This document shows positions 25,445 through 30,073 of a DNA stretch of 30,073 nt, piece after piece (within the stretch, counting starts at the first letter, position 1; every line of letters starts with the position of its first letter). Both the position numbers and the translations under genes were made by a program. Source of the DNA: Actinomycetota bacterium (GTDB lineage Bacteria > Actinomycetota > Actinomycetes > S36-B12 > UBA5976); the NCBI GenBank assembly GCA_027324895.1, contig DAHWFQ010000227.1:1-30073 (forward strand). Direction: 5' to 3'. The notes under the pieces were generated by a model. That model searched no databases. It had not been told where the DNA came from and was given only the letters and a program-made list of their open reading frames with translations.

Positions 25445-25519
25445 ATGCACGACGAAGCCACACCGAGACGGTGGTGCCCCACCTGCGGAGCATGCACGAA
25501 CGCATGCCCGGGTGAGTAG
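25445..25519 (+). CDS. Candidate leaderless 24-aa Cys-rich ORF MHDEATPRRWCPTCGACTNACPGE
   Basis: ATG 5 nt after the -10 box; contains CxxCxxCxxxCP; ends at TAG 25517-25519. Below the ORF-track size cutoff. Confidence 0.45.
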   Translation: MHDEATPRRWCPTCGACTNACPGE

Positions 25520-25581
25520 GGAAGACCATCGGGAGCCCGGCGAAGAGTCCACCGGCGACGTGCGTCCCCTTGGAGTTCCAC

Positions 25582-27396
25582 ATGCATCGCGCAGCCTCTC
25601 CGGAGGCCCTGCTGCGCGCCGCCGTCGCGCGGCTGTCGCAGGCCGCCTCGGGTTTCCTCGCGCCCTCGGAGACCGGGGTGCTCCCGCTGGGCCATCCTCG
25701 CCGCGATGAACTGCGATTCGCCGCGCTGCACGTGCTGTCCCTGCTGACGCCATCCGATGGTGCGCGGGCGGCACTCGAGGCGGCCACGGGCGAACGTGCG
25801 GCCACAGCCGTTGCCGTGCTCGAGGCGCTTGAGCCGGCGGACCTGCCGGTTCCCGCGCGGGTCGCGCTGGCGACTGTGGTGGCGGACCTGCACTCGCAAC
25901 TCGCGTCCATGGGCGATGTCGATGTGACGCGGGCACTGCTCGATGCGACGCCCGTCGGCGTGCCGTTGGCTGCGCTGGTCTTCGACAGCGATCCCGTGTC
26001 CTTGGATCCGGATGCGCAGGTGTCGTACTGCCAGGCCGCGCAACGACTGGAATCCGCTGCGCACGCGCGCTTGGGTGCCGGGCTGGTGGCGTTCGCCGGC
26101 AACAACCCGCGGCACACGTTGTACTGGGTGGAGGACGATGAGTATGCGCTCATGGACGTGCGCTCGAGCGAGCTGGCCGGTGCGCTCTCGTGGAGTGGCG
26201 CGAAGGCCCGCAGCGCACTGGACGTCGCGCGGGTCGTCGCGGTGGACCTGGAGGGGGTTTCCGAGGCGGCAGCCTCCGGCGCAGTGCAGCCAGCGGCACT
26301 CGCAGCCATCGCCGAAGGCGTGCAGGTGCTCACGGCATCCATCGATGCGGAGTTGGTACGAGCACGCGCCGCGCTCCGCGCGGATTCCGATTCCGGACCG
26401 GACATCGCAGACCGGGTGTGGGAACTCAGCAATGCCCGCGAGGATCTCGTGCAGCGCTACGACGCAACCGTTCGACACTTCGCGGTGGAGCACACCCCTG
26501 CGGAGACCAAGCGCAAGGTGCGTGACACGTTGGCCAGGCTCGACCCCGAAGGCTTCGAGGCGAGGCGTGCCAAGGCTCGGGAGGTGCAGTCCGGGGTGGA
26601 ACTCCGTGCCCTTCCCGACGCCATGGCCATGCTCACGGCCGTGATGCCCGCAGAGCACGCAACCGCCTGCTACCGGTCCATCGACGGCCTTGCCCGTGAT
26701 CCGGAAGGTTCTGATTCGGAGGCGCCCGTCGGTGTTCGCCGATCGGATGCGCTGCTCGCCCTGTGCGCGCAGGGGCTGTCTGCCCCGGCTCGCGCCGAGG
26801 CAGCGAGTGCGGGAGCGCAGGCGGCGGACGAGGGACCTGGTGTCGACGCAGTGCGTGCCCAGGATGCGCGCATCTCCGCGCATGTCGACCTCATCATGAC
26901 GCTTGACGCGTTCCTCGGTCTGGCCGAGACGCCAGCGGAATGTGTCGGCTCCGGTCCCATCCCCGCTCAGGATGCGCGCAACCTGCTGGCCGACGCCACC
27001 TGCGTCACCATACGTCGTGTGCTCGTCGAGGAGCGGACCGGGCGTCCGCTCGACGCGGGCGTGCGCCGCTACCAGCTCACCGACGCGGAGCGCGAGTTCA
27101 TCTTCCTTCGCGACCGCACCTGTCGGCATCCGGGCTGTGGTCAGCCGGCCTACCGCTGCGATGCCGACCACGCCCTGCCCTACGACGAGGGTGGCCCCAC
27201 CCGAACCCGCAACCTCGGCGCCCTGTGTCGGAGGCACCACCAGGAGAAGACACACGGTGGCTGGACGATCGAGGAGAGCGAGGACGATGGTTCGTGCACC
27301 TTCGTATCCCCGCTGGGTCGGCGCTACTCGCACCTGCCTGAACCGCTGCTGCCCTGGGCCTGGGAGGAGGAGCCGCCGCCGGACGGGGCCAGCTGA
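25582..27396 (+). CDS. DUF222-domain HNH endonuclease (REP13E12/Rv1128c-like), 604 aa
   Basis: DUF222-like core (RLDPEGFEARRAKA...VELRALPDAMAML...RRSDAL) and intact RDRTCRHPGC...CDADH...GGPT...NLGALCRRHHQEKT. SD GGAG at 25572-25575 before the ATG at 25582; TTG 25570 is an alternative start. Confidence 0.9.
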   Translation: MHRAASPEALLRAAVARLSQAASGFLAPSETGVLPLGHPRRDELRFAALHVLSLLTPSDGARAALEAATGERAATAVAVLEALEPADLPVPARVALATVVADLHSQLASMGDVDVTRALLDATPVGVPLAALVFDSDPVSLDPDAQVSYCQAAQRLESAAHARLGAGLVAFAGNNPRHTLYWVEDDEYALMDVRSSELAGALSWSGAKARSALDVARVVAVDLEGVSEAAASGAVQPAALAAIAEGVQVLTASIDAELVRARAALRADSDSGPDIADRVWELSNAREDLVQRYDATVRHFAVEHTPAETKRKVRDTLARLDPEGFEARRAKAREVQSGVELRALPDAMAMLTAVMPAEHATACYRSIDGLARDPEGSDSEAPVGVRRSDALLALCAQGLSAPARAEAASAGAQAADEGPGVDAVRAQDARISAHVDLIMTLDAFLGLAETPAECVGSGPIPAQDARNLLADATCVTIRRVLVEERTGRPLDAGVRRYQLTDAEREFIFLRDRTCRHPGCGQPAYRCDADHALPYDEGGPTRTRNLGALCRRHHQEKTHGGWTIEESEDDGSCTFVSPLGRRYSHLPEPLLPWAWEEEPPPDGAS

Positions 27397-27427
27397 GCGT
27401 CCGAAACCACCGAGTTACCGCCAGAAC

Positions 27428-27433
27428 TAGACT
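27428..27433 (+). promoter_or_regulatory. -10 box TAGACT, leaderless gatCAB
   Basis: TANNNT 6 nt upstream of the ATG at 27440. Confidence 0.65.
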
Positions 27434-27439
27434 CGCGCC

Positions 27440-27736
27440 ATGTCCGGAATCACCCGCGCCGAAGTGGCGCACCTGGCGAAACTCGCTCGCCTCACGATCG
27501 ATGACGTGCACCTCGACCACTACGCGGAGCAGCTGAACGTCATCATCGAGTCGGTGGCGCGTGTGAGCGAGGTGGCTGGCGAGGATGTGCCCGCGACCTC
27601 GCACCCGGTGCCCTTGATCAACGTCATGCGGTCCGACGTCCACCATGAGGGGCTCACCAATGCCGAGGCGCTGGCGAACGCGCCGGCGCAAGAGGACGGC
27701 CGCTTCCGCGTGCCGCGGATCCTGGACGAGGAGTAG
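27440..27736 (+). CDS. gatC: Asp/Glu-tRNA amidotransferase subunit C
   Basis: [15 protein letters not shown]...ALANAP...FRVPRIL; 98 aa, directly upstream of gatA. Confidence 0.97.
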   Translation: MSGITRAEVAHLAKLARLTIDDVHLDHYAEQLNVIIESVARVSEVAGEDVPATSHPVPLINVMRSDVHHEGLTNAEALANAPAQEDGRFRVPRILDEE

Positions 27737-27738
27737 CA

Positions 27739-29232
27739 GTGAGCGAGCTCATCAGGAACACGGCGCGCGGCCTCTCCCAACTCCTGCACGCCGGTGAGGT
27801 GTCGGCGCGAGAGGTGGCCGAGGCGCACCTCGATCGCATCGCGGAGGTCGACGAGCAGGTGCATGCCTTCCTGCACATCGATCGCGGGTACAGCCTGTCC
27901 CGCGCGGACGAGATCGATGCCAAGCGCCGGTCCGGTGCGGCCATGGGCCCGCTGGCCGGGGTTCCGCTCGCGCTCAAGGACGTGCTGGCGATGAAGGGGC
28001 AGCCCACGACCTGTGGATCGCGGATGCTCGAGCATTGGCGGCCGCCCTACGACGCAACCGTGGTCGAGCGCCTGCACGCGGCGGACGTCGTCATCCTCGG
28101 CAAGACGAACATGGACGAATTCGCCATGGGTTCCTCCACCGAGTTCTCCGCGTACGGCCCCACGCACAACCCCTGGGACCTCACGCGCATCCCCGGCGGA
28201 TCAGGTGGCGGCTCCGCCGCAGCCCTGGCCGCCTTCGAGGCTCCGCTCGCCATCGGCACCGACACCGGAGGATCGATCCGTCAGCCCGCCGCGGTGACCG
28301 GAACAGTGGGCGTGAAGCCCACCTACGGCGCGGTCAGTCGCTACGGGCTCGTGGCCCTGGCCTCCTCGCTCGACCAGCCCGGTCCCTGCGCGCGCACCGT
28401 CGAGGACACCGCCCTGCTGCACATGGCCATCGCGGGCCATGACCCCAGGGACTCCACAAGCCTCGACCGCCCGGTCGACGACATGGTGGCCGCCGCCCAG
28501 CGTCGCGACCTCACCGGCATGCGCGTGGGCCTGGTCAGGGAGCTCAGCGGCGAGGGATTCCAAGCGGGCGTGCAGCAGCGCTTCGAGGAGGCGGTGGCCC
28601 TGTTCACGAGCCTGGGTGCCGACGTCGTCGAGGTCTCCTGCCCATCCTTCGACTACGCGCTGGCCGCGTACTACCTCATCCTGCCCAGCGAGTGCTCATC
28701 GAACCTGGCGAAGTTCGACGGCATGCGCTACGGGCTTCGAGCCGGCGACGACGGCGATCACAGCGTCGAACAGGTCATGGGCATGACGCGCGCGGCCGGC
28801 TTCGGTCCCGAGGTCACGCGCCGCATCATGCTCGGCACCTACGCGCTCTCCAGCGGCTACTACGACGCCTACTACGGCTCGGCCCAGAAGGTGCGCACGC
28901 TCATCCAGCGCGACTTCAACGCGGCCTTCGCCAACTGCGACGTGCTCATCTCGCCGACGGCGCCGACCACGGCCTTCCGGATCGGGGAGAAGTTGGACGA
29001 CCCGCTCGCCATGTACCTCAATGACATCGCCACCATCCCCGTCAACCTGGCGGGCAACTGCGGCATGTCGCTGCCCATCGGCCTGGCGCCGGAGGACGGA
29101 TTGCCCGTGGGCCTGCAGATCATCGCGCCCATCAACGGCGACGCGAAGCTGTACGAGGCCGGCGGAGCGTTGGAAGCGGCGCTGCTCGACCGGTGGGGTC
29201 ACCACATCCTGGAGGAGGCACCAGCGCTATGA
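27739..29232 (+). CDS. gatA: Asp/Glu-tRNA amidotransferase subunit A
   Basis: Amidase signature: [47 protein letters not shown]; [11 protein letters not shown]. Confidence 0.98.
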   Translation: MSELIRNTARGLSQLLHAGEVSAREVAEAHLDRIAEVDEQVHAFLHIDRGYSLSRADEIDAKRRSGAAMGPLAGVPLALKDVLAMKGQPTTCGSRMLEHWRPPYDATVVERLHAADVVILGKTNMDEFAMGSSTEFSAYGPTHNPWDLTRIPGGSGGGSAAALAAFEAPLAIGTDTGGSIRQPAAVTGTVGVKPTYGAVSRYGLVALASSLDQPGPCARTVEDTALLHMAIAGHDPRDSTSLDRPVDDMVAAAQRRDLTGMRVGLVRELSGEGFQAGVQQRFEEAVALFTSLGADVVEVSCPSFDYALAAYYLILPSECSSNLAKFDGMRYGLRAGDDGDHSVEQVMGMTRAAGFGPEVTRRIMLGTYALSSGYYDAYYGSAQKVRTLIQRDFNAAFANCDVLISPTAPTTAFRIGEKLDDPLAMYLNDIATIPVNLAGNCGMSLPIGLAPEDGLPVGLQIIAPINGDAKLYEAGGALEAALLDRWGHHILEEAPAL

Positions 29233-30073
29233 GCAAGTCCGCCATCCTCATGGACTTCGACGAGGCGCTCGAGCGCTTCGACCCGGTGATGGGACTCGAG
29301 GTGCACGTCGAACTCTCGACGAACACCAAGATGTTCTGCTCCTGCGCCACCCAGTTCGGCGGTGAGCCGAACACCCAGGTGTGCGCGGTGTGCCTCGGCC
29401 TGCCCGGTGCCCTGCCGGTGGTGAATGCCAAGGGCGTGGAGGCGGCCATCCGCATCGGCCTCGCCCTCAATTGCGAGATCGCGGAGTGGTGCCGTTTCGC
29501 ACGCAAGAACTACTTCTACCCGGACATGCCGAAGAACTTCCAGACCTCGCAGTACGACGAGCCCATCGCCTACAACGGCTACCTCGACATCGAGGTCCCC
29601 GGCGAGGACGGGCCCCGTCCCTTCCGTGTGCTCATCGAGCGCGCACACATGGAGGAGGACACCGGCAAGGCGCTCCACCAGGGCGGCGCCACCGGGCGCA
29701 TCCACGGCGCCGAATACTCGCTGCTCGACTACAACCGGGCCGGTATCCCGCTCATCGAGATCGTCACCAAGCCCATCGTCGGCGCGGGACGGTTCGCACC
29801 CGAGGTGGCCAAGGCCTATGTGGCGGCCCTGCGGGAACTCGTGAAGTCCCTGGGGGTGTCCGACGTGCGGATGGACCAGGGGTCGCTGCGCTGTGACGTG
29901 AACCTTTCGCTACGGCCCTCCCCGGCGGACCGCTTCGGCACCCGCACGGAAACCAAGAACGTGAACTCGCTGCGCTCGGTCGAGCGCGCAGTGCGCTACG
30001 AGATCCAGCGCCAAGCCGTGATCCTCACCGATGGTGGTCGCATCATCCACGAGACGCGCCACTGGCACGAGGA
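29229..30073 (+). CDS. gatB: Asp/Glu-tRNA amidotransferase subunit B (3' end outside window)
   Basis: Not in the ORF track. ATGA overlap with gatA; [67 protein letters not shown]. Confidence 0.97.
   Translation, partial: MSKSAILMDFDEALERFDPVMGLEVHVELSTNTKMFCSCATQFGGEPNTQVCAVCLGLPGALPVVNAKGVEAAIRIGLALNCEIAEWCRFARKNYFYPDMPKNFQTSQYDEPIAYNGYLDIEVPGEDGPRPFRVLIERAHMEEDTGKALHQGGATGRIHGAEYSLLDYNRAGIPLIEIVTKPIVGAGRFAPEVAKAYVAALRELVKSLGVSDVRMDQGSLRCDVNLSLRPSPADRFGTRTETKNVNSLRSVERAVRYEIQRQAVILTDGGRIIHETRHWHE

Noticed and set aside
23344-25499. CATGCACGA direct repeats at 23344, 25444 and 25491 flanking the membrane SAM-domain gene, as a possible target-site duplication
   Set aside because: Only 9 bp. 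The two right-hand copies are explained by the codons of the Cys-rich ORF (ATG CAC GA; GCA TGC ACG). No recombinase or transposase is nearby. Cannot be fully excluded without an empty-site allele.
25443-25540. Possible short repeat array (GCATGCACGA at 47-nt spacing) as a CRISPR-like or guide array
   Set aside because: Only two copies of 10 bp and no conserved unit beyond that.
25512-25709. 65-aa ORF as an independent gene
   Set aside because: It overlaps the DUF222 gene by more than 120 nt and loses coding-like codon usage after about codon 19. Considered only as part of the frameshift hypothesis.

Overview
High-GC (~70% by eye) actinobacterial chromosomal segment, mostly housekeeping. In order: 3'-truncated YcaQ/AlkZ-like glycosylase, secA, a four-gene envelope module (Rv3235-like, LysM, SAF/RcpC, degenerate MinD/CpaE-like ATPase), glgP/glgX, etfBA, iscS-mnmA-MetE-like gene, an XRE(MmyB)-regulated oxidoreductase cassette, guaB1, ligA, a membrane protein with a spermidine-synthase-like SAM domain, a DUF222-HNH gene, and gatC-gatA-gatB (gatB runs off the end). 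The etfBA-iscS-mnmA-MetE-like-ligA-gatCAB order matches the M. tuberculosis Rv3029c-Rv3009c region as I recall it. No rRNA, tRNA, CRISPR array or transposase was seen. Strongest observations: (1) secA has an in-frame TAG at 3216-3218 followed by an intact in-frame 53-codon tail carrying the SEC-C zinc motif; (2) a PafBC/RecA-NDp-like promoter (TGTCGG-N10-CAGGAT) precedes an apparently leaderless 24-codon ORF with a ferredoxin-type CxxCxxCxxxCP motif, upstream of the DUF222-HNH gene, and two single-base changes would join them; (3) a SAF + pseudo-ATPase pair with no other Tad genes in the window lies divergent from LysM + Rv3235; (4) an AT-rich 12-bp palindrome and overlapping bidirectional -10 boxes lie between glgX and etfB. 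All family calls come from reading motifs by eye; no database search was run. Start codons were refined from RBS, -10 and overlap evidence and may be off.
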